A stretch of 64,000 nt of DNA, taken from Ascidiella aspersa. Taxonomy: Eukaryota. Location: assembly GCA_963924565.1 (NCBI GenBank), contig OZ004607.1, positions 30,256,001-30,320,000 of the forward strand, read 5' to 3'. Positions 1-12,300 of this stretch are shown piece by piece. Below the pieces are notes generated by a model. It searched no databases. It had not been told where the DNA came from and saw only the letters and a list, made by a program, of their open reading frames with translations. The position numbers and the translations under genes are program-made. Position 1 is the stretch's first letter, and the number at the start of each line of letters is the position of its first letter.

Positions 1-388
1 CACTCCGAACACTTTCTCTGTTTTTAATTCGTATAAACGCCGACGTGGGGCTAAAATCGCAGCATTTAAAAGAAATATACTGTTACCTTTGCCACGCACC
101 ACCTTTTTTCCTAACGATTTCTTCTGGCAGATAGAAAATTTATAGATATACCAGGAATAAACAAATATTTAACATGAAATAAACTACTACTAAGTGCAGA
201 CGCTATAGCAATGGTGGGAATTAGCAGCATCGATGACCGTTAAAACTGCAGTTTTCCAAAGTCTTAATTGGAGACTTAAGAATAGAGTTGCGGAGTCGCT
301 TAAAAAAAATCCAAGTCTAAAGCCGGCCAAAATAATAGAGACTTCCAGGTATACAAGGTGAATAACCCGCTCGATGTTTTTCCTTCAG

Positions 389-3300
389 CCGCAGAAACCT
401 GCCCTCTCGTCGGTTGAGCAAGCCATCTCGACGCGCCGCAAAAACCGCCTGAGGGAGCTGCTGAGCGCGTGTTCCGAGGACGAGATCATGGAAGTGGCGC
501 TGCCCCACTTGGCTCGCGTCTTCTCGCTGTGGGAGTTTCTCATTATGAAGGTAAATGTGCTCAGCTGTATGAATGACTGGGTCTGTATGCTGGGTTTGTA
601 AAGTATACACTTAGCTTGCTCTTTCAAATGTCCTGTTCCTACGCGTTCACTTTGCAGAACACCTTGTGTATAGCATAATTTAAGTATAGATTAAATATTT
701 TAAGCTAACAGTGGCTAAGCGGCATTAATGCTGAGGCCGTAAGCTTTAAGACTTCGCGTGTTTGTTTTTTTCTGAACAAAGAAATGACTCAAATTGGTGT
801 CATTGTGTTTTTTAGCAAACCTGCTAGCTCGATACTGTGTGACCTATTTGTAATTTTAAGTATTACGTTTGCGAAGAGAGTATCACTTCTGCTTACCGTT
901 GACGCAAATTCAAAAGTTACAACTTTGCCGAGGTTGCAAAGTTTCATTTTTTTCGGGCGTGTAAGAAAATAGGTAACAGTAAGACTTTACAGACAATGTT
1001 TTAAAATCTCCAATTGCCCCCATCACAAACTAACCTGTCGTAGTAGGTTTTATTTTTTATTTTTGCTCGTATCGCCATCTATCCGCAAAATATAGCTTAA
1101 TTATTGGCCATCGGTCGTCAAAACTTAATAAATCTCGTCGCTTCTCAGGTGGAAAAGAACAAGCTGAGTCGCGTGTACTTCGCCGATGTGTACAAGGAAT
1201 ACGAGGCGCTGCACAAGTACGTGTGCCGGCTCACTGACAAGTACAAGGAGACCCTGGCAACTAGCAGTGACCCGCAGGCGGCCGAGGATGGCGAGGAGGC
1301 GTTGGAGAAAGACAAGCAGTCCATCGTCACCATTAGATGCAAAAAGGTGATAACTGTATTGCTCATTGATGTGTACTCCAACTGCCAACCCTTCCGAGGT
1401 TATTTTTGTGGCCTGTTGTGTCATATTCTGGTTTGGTGTTACTGAAAGAAACAAATCTCAAATATCAATTTATTTTTGAAATCGTTCGCAACAAACGGCG
1501 GCCTGCCGAAATTATTGTCTGAATAGCTTTTATAAACTATACTTATATAAGCAGTCCGTCTTCACCATGATATGCAAAAAGGTGCTTATCTTTTTTTTAA
1601 GTATGTAGACTCTGTGTATTAGACTTGACGATGTTAGTTTTGTCTGATAAGGGTAATCATATTCTTGTTTCAGTAAATGTACTGTTACCATTGCAGCGCA
1701 GCGAACAGGGCGTGCAATAATATCTGTCCATTAAATTTTTTGAGACCCTGGTATTAAGCGCGATCTGACAGCACTGCCGCCAATATATACCTGGCATTAC
1801 ATTTCTCAAATTATTTATCCTTAAAAGCGAAGACGCATTTCGATCAGAATTCAAAGTCATTTGGATTTACCCATAGCACACAATCGCGGTGTCTCCTCGT
1901 CCTCAATATTCGGTCTTCTTGGCTGCCTTCTCAAACATCAATGCACATTGATTTATTGCCCCAGACACCAATGTCGACCGCTTTATATTTACCCGGCCCT
2001 CGGACCCCCGCATCAAAACGACGGCGCTTACTTGTGCTTGATGCTGTGCTATTAATACCTCCACTTGGGCGATAAGGATTAGGGATGGGCGCTCAGCAAG
2101 GATGTCCACGCCCAACTTGTCATGTCGACAATATTATTTTCCTTCGAGTGTGGCTTTGCTTATACAGGAGGATGTTGGCTTTTGGAAAAGTTGTTTTACA
2201 TGCGGTACAACGGGCCTAGGCAAGCCTTGGGTTCTTAGAATGCTAAAATATTTTTTGGTGACCAACAGTCCCATGTACTTCTAAAAGATCATTACAAAAA
2301 CTCTTTAAATATATTAATAAATATACGTAATATAAGACAAATGTATAGCGATTTGATTTCGCGGATCCCCTACATATTCGCCGCATGCCCTAAATTGGAA
2401 AATACATATAGACCAAAGTGGTCAAAGAATGCCAGAATTTTGGCCACAAAATTATTTGTTTAGGATTCAACACGCGTGAGACTACATAACTGGTACGAAA
2501 GTCATATACCCCGGTTGACTACGCTTAACGATCTTAAATTCCATTTTTTAGTTTTTGATTCTTTAGACATATTTCATTTTGGTACAGCAATAAATATGTT
2601 TGGAAATCACTAAATGTTTCGCGGGCTATATACAATTGTGGTGCGAGTCACATGTGCCCGCCGTTCTGGTTTAGGCCACCCTGTCCCAAACTATTTCGCA
2701 CCCCCACCCTTATATTACCGTTTTTGTTAAATTTTCAGCTGGCCGAGTCGCTCGGATTAGACCAAGAAGAGCTCAAAGACGCCATGATCACTCTTCTCGA
2801 CTCTGAGCCCATCAAGCCAGCGCCAGAATCGGCTAAGGCCCAAGTAAAAGAGGTAAGTGAGAGCCAGGGTTGATCTCGAACGATTTTTTCGACGAGAAAT
2901 GCCATAATTGTTTCCAGATCAATTCTGCGAAGCTCGCAATAAGTAGCCAGGTCCCGTTAAACGATGCCGAAGAAATGGTTTTGAAACCTTAAGCAGGTAA
3001 TTGCTGCGACAGCGGAAATAAGTATAGTTTAACTTGCTCGCAAAAGTACAATTTCCTGGATGCCATTATGATTGTATGTGTATTGCGTGGATTCTACCGC
3101 CCAGTTAAAATATCAGGACATTTTAAAGTTCAATTATTAAACTTTACCTAAGAGGTTGAAGAGTATGCTTACTCTGGTTTTAATTTTTGTAATTTGCTCG
3201 TCGAAGGAGGTTTAACCGCATTGCAATTCAAAGAATTTGAGTTTAAACGGTCGATTTTAGGTACTATTAACATTTAAACAGTTTACAACACTCTTAATTA

Positions 3301-6300
3301 AAGTTTATATTCTCCTGTTCAAATTGCGTGGCGTTGATCGTGAATATGTTCTAACCATTAGAATCTAACGAGTTTCTTTTCTGGACGCGAATGCCATTGC
3401 ACTGTCGGCATTGTGGATCTGTGTGACCAAAGATTTTAATATTTTGGTTTTCTTTGTATGCGTTTAAACCGTCCAATGTTTGAAAAGGGGCCTTGGTCTT
3501 ATTCCAGTAACCAAGTAATCTAGCCGACTCTGACCTTTGTCGAGCATTGCCTTAATACGGAAGCCGCCCTGCGCCTGTGCAAATATCAAGTGCGCCCGAA
3601 ACGACGGACCCTAGCGTTTGTATTGCGACTATCTTGCGCTCCGCTAAGCCTTTGTACTACTATATACACCAACTGACCTTCGACTGTCTTTTGAACAGCA
3701 TAGGCACAGCAAGAAGTGTGCGCATTCCGCCCCTGTTAATTTGCGTGGGTAATTGAATGTCGACAAACCGTCAGTGCGGCTGTTGTCCAAACATGCCGAG
3801 ATCATCCCCCGCTTTGAAGGTATTTGTTGGCAGCGGCAAATCCCTGTAGCAGCTTTTCAAAAAAAGGGAGCAGGAAACCATCCCCGATTCACCCTCAATC
3901 AGTTTGTTTCGAAATTCCTCGGATTTTTCGACCCGCACCCTCTTCTGTGACCGCGCAGACGGATCATCTTGCTGTTTGTGCCCCTTGTAAGCCACGCAGT
4001 CCACAAGGTCACTCACTGTTTTGACGTTTCGCTTAAAAACCCAGGAGCGCTCTTCTAAAATGCCGGCGTTCCGTCTTGTTTTTAAGGCAAGGGCGGCGTC
4101 TTCAAACGCACCAGTGTTTGCCCCTGATCGGCGCAGCGAATCAGCCGGATAAATAAATGCGGCCGAGTTGAAACAGGCCTGACAAGTAACTCCTGTACAG
4201 CTGCCGTTCGGAATGACGAAGCACGTCGTATATATTATACGCGTTGTGCTTCTCCAAGGAAAATCGAGCACTCGCGTGCCGATTTACAAGGCAAACGATA
4301 AATATTTGCCAGTTGCTTGGGCTGTGTTGTTACCGGTGGAAATGCGCAGACAATGAAGAGGCGCGGTGCCCATTCTTCACGCTCTACTGGGGCACTTTGC
4401 TTCCTGCGAACAAAACAATTCCCGCTCTTCGTGCACGTCACGAAACGACCTCTTTTTTAGCCTTAAAAGGTCCTTTTTTGCTTAATGGACCCCATTGGTT
4501 TTTCGAAGTTGCCTTGTCCAGTATCGAGCTTTTTTTTGCTTTGAGAGCAATCTAACGTCTGCTTTCCTTGCGCATACGAAACCTAAAGTAAGTAGCCGAG
4601 TCGAAATGCAAAAAAATCAAAACAATATATTTCAAATCGTTATACACAATATTGTTAAGGTGGCGATAAAAGTACGCGGTAAACATGGTGGTGAAAAAAA
4701 GAGATCCTTTCTCGCTTGGCTTTCCCCGCAGATATCCATGGCAATGGAAAGTATATTTATTTATTTACACGCGCTGGGAGATTTAAATAGACAGCGCCGA
4801 GTGAAAGAACGCAGATCGACCCAGCGTTTGCAAAAAATTACCACATCTTTCCAATTAAACGAGCGCAACAACGTGTGTAGAAATTCTTCGCAGTTAAAAC
4901 AAAACAGCAACGCCGCATCAAGAGTATCGAGTAATGTTTGGACTTATTGTCGGATCTTGGTGTTTCAGTTTGGGGAATAAATATGTACACGCGAAAAAAT
5001 CGACTCAAACGGACTTGGAATAAATACGACGAGTGCCGCCCGGTCAGAGAAGGTGTATGGGTTATGTGGAGTGTGCTTGGAACATATTCGAAACGAGAAA
5101 TAATCTGTGCGCCTTTGAGTAAAGTCCGTAGGAGGAAACTGTTTAAGCGCGAGAGAGAATGCGGGTGAAAAGCGGTTCTTGCACGCACATACACCTTGCG
5201 CCATTGCGTCACACTGACGATAAAACATAATATGCTGAAAAAATCATCCCGCCGCCTTTAGACGCGCGAAAGTTAAACAAAGGCAAAAAACAACGAAAAT
5301 AAACGGCGCGTTACTGTTCAATGTTCTTGTGACGGCTTCATAAAAAAATCCGCGGTCGACGATCGAAAAGAGTAGAAAGCTAGTAGGAAGAGTGTCAGAA
5401 GTCGTACTGGGAAACGTAGACGCGAATGGTGAGCATGCGGTTATCGCGCATCACGCCGCGCGGGTTGTACGTGCTCATGTCCACCTTGACTAGGTGCTCG
5501 CTGGGCCCGTTCAGCTGCTCGTTGACCACCAGGTAGGCGTGCGGCCTGTACATGGACATCTGCATCAGGCTAAACAGCGTCGAGTTGCCCTGTACAATCG
5601 AGAAGTTGTAGTTCTGGCGACGGCGGCGTGCCGGGAACTTAATGCGGAAGAGCTTGGTGGGAGCTTTCAGGCCTGACGTGATTGACACGAAGTGAAATGA
5701 GATGCTAAGCGGCTCCTTGCGGCATGCTCCGTACGTCGCGCTATCGCTCGTCACCTTCTTGCAGCGGCGTCGCCGGCAGATGTTGGTCGTCACCTGCAAG
5801 GCCAAAAAATGTTGTTATTTACACTAATGTTCAAGTGGAACAGCAAAAAAAAAAAATTCTCGGTGCTTTATGGGTGCAAACGACATATAATAGCATTTCA
5901 CTCAGATTTAATACACTAATGGACCGAAAAGCGGCGTTTAACCGTTTGTAGATGGAAGAACGCGCCGGAAATGTATCTATAGTTTTAAAAGTCTTATAGA
6001 CTTGGACATTATCACATCCGTATGCATAACAAAGTATAAGCGGCCGCTTCAGAAAAACAGTTATTTCGTTCTACAAGTGAGACTTTACCTGTCTGTATCC
6101 GAACTCATCGGTTCTGGTTAGCTTGCGGAAGAAGCCGTTATCGGGGCACACGATGGGCGCGATGCACTGGTAGCTGCCGTGAGTGTTGACGCAAACCGCG
6201 TCTCTGCCGCACAACCGCTTGCCGCTGTCATCGCATTCGTTCTTGTCAATGCACGAGAAGTCCACCTGGTTGTAGCTGGACAAGCAGTGACATGCGCGTA

Positions 6301-9300
6301 GTTAGGCGTATATCCTTTGTATACGTTACGAAAACTTAGGGCACCGGTTCTAAAACTTGGTATATTTTTCTTGCATGTGCAGTGTTAACTAACATCTCAT
6401 GGGATATTATCACCTTGCAGGCTGTTAACTGCGTTTAACTTGAAAGTGGCTTTAGTTGCCTTGGATGGGTTTTGTGTATGATTTGTTATACCTTTAAAAT
6501 GTATTATTAAATTACTGTGGAAAAGGCTTGTTCGATTCATTGGAGAGCTGTTGTCGTGATGTTTTACAGTAACAAATCAGTGAAATAGCGTTATGAAAGT
6601 TTCTAAATGAGGTCTTGCGCAGCGCTTCAACTACAGTAACCTTTAAAATAGTGATACATTGTTTATACAGTAACATATAACATAGGTAAAGTTCCAATCC
6701 TAAGTGGGTTTCGAAGATGTGTTTATCACCAACCGGATGTCGGAGGTATGCGTTAAGCGAAAACGCGTAATTTCTTACCCTGGGGGACAGACGCAGGTGA
6801 ATGATCCCGGCAGATTGTCGCACCTCCACTGGCACTTACGACCCTCGCCCACACTGCACTCCTGGTCGTCCACGCACCGGTCTGTGTGACGTCACAATTG
6901 CAATAATTTTAAAAGATGCGAAAAGCAAAGCACGCGTTTACAAAGCGATACACTTCTCCATGTAGGTTAGAAGTTAAAATAAACCTTGGGTAAATTGATC
7001 CTTAACAAACTATGAAAACTTCATTCACAATAAACATGCAACTATAAACGTAATTTTCAACATCGAAAAACGAAATTAAAAACTTTAAATTCATGTTGAA
7101 CATAGGCTAACTTTGCCTCTCATGCAGACACAATTTCGTGTACGATTAGAGACCCATTACAAACAAAAATCAGCCTCAATTTACAAAGCAAAAACAACAA
7201 ACATGAAACCTCACGCACCGTGGTACTTGCTGAAGCCGCGGTGGCAGCGACAGAAGAAGCTTCCCTGTGAGTTAATGCACTCCGAGTTATGTGGACAGGA
7301 GCCGGGCACAGCGCACTCGTTCACGTCGGTGCAGTAGCGTCCATTGGTGAGAGAATCCTTTGCGTAGCCGGCCGCGCAAACGCACTCGTACGAACCCGGT
7401 GTGTTGCGGCACTGTTCGCTAGCCCCTGCAACGAAGAAAAGACCGCGTTAGGGCAGGCTAGGATTTACCTCTATACTGTGTGTGATGACGTGAATTGCGC
7501 TCGTGTCTTACTAGCAATGTACCAGTTTAGGCTGACTTGATATGCCGTGTCGAACGCAACCGTATACAATTTAGTTCCTTTTGTGTCTTGAAGGGAACAG
7601 GCTGTCTTTGACGAGGGCGAACGCTGCTCTTGATTTAGCAACGAGCAACGACTTTATTACAGCCCTGCATATTTAGGCTGCCTTACCAACTTACCACCCC
7701 CCACCCGCGGACACTAAAACAATGCTCTAACTTGCCAATACATATTTCTATTTTTCGTGCTGTCTCTAATAGATCACAATGCGCTATTATTTAGGAATTT
7801 TTGCCCAAAGATAATGCGGCCTTTGTTTACACAACATTTTATTGGTGGCGTTCAAAAGAAACGCGCCCGAACGCGCACTTTGGCGCGTGTTGAAAAACGC
7901 CCAGTGACCGGGAAACAAAACTTTGCCCCGAAGTTCCGATCGTGCAAATGACATCACTGCTCAGGCTCCGCCTCTAAAAAACAGTGAACCAGCCGACTTG
8001 TGCTAAATATAGTCGAGCGCCACGGTTTAACGACGACGCGCATTCTGGCGCTAAGTCACGACCTATTCGCCTTGACATCATTGCATCGGATGTTGTCGTT
8101 CCGTAACTCTGTTTGCGCTGCAAACAATGAAATCGCGCCCGCGGGAGGCGAAAAAATGTAATCCTCGCGTGCCCGCCGATTTCTTGGCACCGAGCCAAAT
8201 CCATTTTTGCGGGAATTCGATGCTATCTTTTGGCCGATTTTACATGGCCAAGAAACGGCCCGCGCCCTTTATTTGATCATGCTTACGCCTGTAGTGTGAG
8301 AATGGGTAATTTATATAATATGATGCAGAGTTTGACGGTTCGGTATATTTTATAGGAAGGCAAAATGTAGAGATTTAATTGCAGTTTTTGTTGTAACTTG
8401 ACCAATTTTATCCTATTTAATTCGTAACTGTTGATAAAAAAAACTATCGGAAGTGTGCATTTTCGCGATTTGGTTGGTCAATTTTCGCCGAATTCCTCGT
8501 GAAAATGAAATATCTAATTGGCATGGACAAAACAGTTTTCGGTGCCCAATTGCTTGTACGAGAGGCCACTTCTAAAAGTGTAAAATCTACCAGAATTTCG
8601 CGCTTGTGTTGTGTGTATGTGTACAACTGCAGCAAGACACCGGGCGGCGATTCGTAAACAAGCGCGGCCAGTTCCAGCTCTTAATCTGTTGCCGTCCGAT
8701 GAGCTTACGCGCCTTATGAGCGCGACCAGCGGACGTCGGCCACTGTTGGCACAACAACCAGCCTTTAGTCACTTACACTCGCTCGAGACTACCAAGTCAG
8801 GGTTTCGCAACCGCTTTAGAGGAATCAGCTTATTTTTTCAAAGAATTATTTTTTGGTCTATTTTGCCAAGACAACGCCATATTTCGTCCTTCCTTAAAAG
8901 CTGTTTAAATTGGCTTAAAAAGTGCAAAAGATTTTTAGAAACTTAAAATGGTCCTATACCTAAAGCTTTGTGAGGGGAACTGTGAGACTATACCGCCTTG
9001 TCCATTGCTGACATTCTCCACAGTCGCGCGGTTTTTAACGACCGTTATTTACTCGTTTACGCCCAGAAGTCCTGAACCCTTTTGTAGTTTTCTAGCTTTC
9101 TGGTTCGGATGCAAGCGATTGCGACTTGTTATGTACCCGGTATTGATGCTGCAAAGCTAGCTGCCAAAAGCGCACTCGTTTGCTTTTCAAGAGAATGACT
9201 GCTAAACATTTTTAAGAACAGAATCACGCCGGTGTTTTAGGAAAGCTTTAACAATTACCGCAAAATTTATTTATTATCACAGGGTGGAAATTTCTTCACA

Positions 9301-12300
9301 TGTGACGGTAATTTTTGGGAAAGTCCCTATTCTCTATAGATTAAAATCTAAATGATGCAAGCCTGTTATAATCAGACCGGTCTGTGACTAAAATATATGT
9401 TGGCGTCAGGACCCCTTAAACTGGGGCCTTCGCGTCTAGACAAATACCGCTGATCTGCCAACGTATCTCTGACGTTTAACCGCGTTCACACAAACACTCG
9501 TGTCATTTATATCGCGTTTACGGCCCTTAGCGAGGAGTTTGCCTCAATACCACTTGCTTGCTTCTCTATAAACTATTAGCCAAACAAGCCAGTGACAATG
9601 ACTGTTCTCCTTACCTTGGCACATCGACTGTAAGCACTCATCCTCATCTGAGCAGGTGCCGTCTCCATTGCTTCGGTAACCGGCCCGGCAGTGGCAAAGG
9701 TAGCTTCCCCTCGTATTTAGGCAGTACTGGTTGCTCTCGCACGGTCGTTGCGTGCACTCGTTAATGTCCCGACAAAATCGTCCACGCTGTTAGGAAAAAA
9801 ACGCATTTACGTCATTTTGTTGCGGCCTGGCCTAGCTCGGCCCAGTAAAGCGAAAAACACAGTCGTATAGCCGGCTAAGGCTCATAAAGTTTTACCGCTA
9901 GTGATTCAAGATTAAACTAAACTAAGCACATTCTTGTGGTGAAACGTCGTGAACAGTGTCTTTTTAGTGACAAGCTTATGTCATATAGAGTCTCCCTTTC
10001 TGGGAACAGAATAAATGGCACATATTGTTGGTAGTTGTGTTTTGGTAAGTCGCCGGTTAATCTTGGGTTGGTTCCAAACTATTGACCAAGGAGAAACGTC
10101 GCTGCCCTGTTTAATTTTGGCTAAATCTTTTAGGAAAGTAAGTAACTAGCCCTTTCAATGCGATAAACATGGACAACAAAGGACGATATCCTTAGATGGA
10201 AGGCTTGGCATCAACAAAAGACCGACTTTGCTCCCTCAAACTTTATCTATACTCATGAAATGTCCTGTTTGAAGTTCGCTGTTTAACATATATTATCGCA
10301 CAGAGTTAGACGAATCGATATCTCAGATGACAACCTTTTGTTTACTATCTTTAATTGGAATAATATGATACAGTGCCAATTGACGGATTTGGTGTTTAAA
10401 AAGTAAACATTAGGTAAAATATATGGTACGTGATGGAATGTCTAAAGTGCTATAGCCTCGCTCTGTTTACTACACTTTTTAAAAGGATACGACACCGCCA
10501 GAAATGCCAATTGCCGTATATTCTGTCACATGTTGCCATTTTCAAAGTAAATATTTACGAAATATGCGGTTCGGGCAGGAGAGTCAAAAGTGCCAGTTTT
10601 ACTCTTGACGCAAATGACTGTTTACTACGCTCTCTGTCGCCCTGGTTTAAACTTATAAACCCTCCTCACTTGTAGTATAACTTGCGGTTAGCTCGAGAGA
10701 CCCACGGCGCGCAATGTTAATGTGCGCTTTGGCCCTACTGTGACGCACTATGTCGCCGCAATTGGGGGTCGCGTCCCCTAGGGGCATGGGGGGGGGGGGC
10801 TGTGGGTGGCACTTACCTTCACCATCCCCGGCGAGCAAAGGCACCTGAATGAGCCCACCGTGTTGATGCATTTCTCACTGCTGCCACAATATCCGAAGGT
10901 GCATTCGTCAATGTCGACGCACTCGCCTGTTGAGTTGAGGATATAATGTAGGTTAGACGATTAGATATTTATCTTATAGTGTTGGCGAAATGAATAGAAT
11001 CGTGATGCAGTCACAGTAAAACCCGATTTTTGAGGCGTTGCTTTGTATACCTACCCTCTGGCCTTTTTGTCAAAGTGTAGAAGGAGCCAAATTGATTGCT
11101 ATGTAAAATACAAAGTTGCCTTATTATATTGAACAAACAGGCAAAGTCGTTGTCGATCTTTTTTAAATGGATAAATTTCAAAACCTTAGCCCTTTATTAG
11201 ACCCTGCCCAGGAAACTACTTTCGATCTTATTCTGTATATTTACCTATAATCATTATACCGAGGTTGCCTACAGGGAAAACCTTATCCATCAAACCGCAG
11301 CAATCGGTTATGCAAACATCGCCTTCTGCCAAAATCGAAAGAGCGATATTGCACGAGGGTCGTTGTGATTTGCAAGCAGATGTCTCTATATATCACTATA
11401 CCAACTCATACAAGATTGGGGCCTAAGCGCAAAAGAGACCTCTTAACATTATATCACTTGAATTATCTTGCAAAACGCGTAACCGATCGACTGATCATGT
11501 GTTCTGTGAACATCGTCTGGGAAAGTCAATTGGCCGTGCAGCGCCGACCCTTGACCCCGCACCTTTCAAGTGCAGTTGTTTAATCACCCATAGTACCGCA
11601 GAAAGTAGATTTCGGGTCGGTGCTACAATCGACGAACCCTCGTGTATCCCAAAGATTGTATAACGGAGACACGCCGGAATGTTTGCCGTACGGCTTTACA
11701 GAATGTGTATGGGAGAGGAGGTCTAATTGCGTCTCGAAGAGTACAGGTTTAGAAACCAAGACCCCCCACCCCGAAAAATCAATTCGAACACCTGCCAAAC
11801 GAGCTAGTGCTGATCCTGGGTAAACGACAAGCCACGAAACATATTTTTTTACAGGCAGCAACTTATTTCGAGTTTACTCAAAAAGATTGCATTGACGGAA
11901 AACAGCGCTCAAAACGCCAGCCGTCTTTCACCCACCTGTCGCCTCGTCGAGCTTGTATCCGTGATGGCAGATGCACCTGTAGCTGGCCCACAGGTTGCGG
12001 CACGACTGGCCCAGCTTGCACGGCGCCACCTCCTTACACTCGTCGATGTCCACGCACCCGCGCTCCGTGTGCCTGTCAAATGTCGACCCGGTTAACGAGA
12101 TATTCGAAACTTTACAGGCCGGCTTAGTAAGCCCCCTTATCCCTTGTTGGATCACGTTTTTATGTTTTTTTGTGGACAAAGCTGCAAATTTGCACCGCTC
12201 AGGTGCGAAAATTGGACCAAATTATGCTGAATTTTTTTAAAGGGAACCAGATGCATTTGAAAGAGAAAAAATACCATCATTTGAATGCGATGCACTGTGT

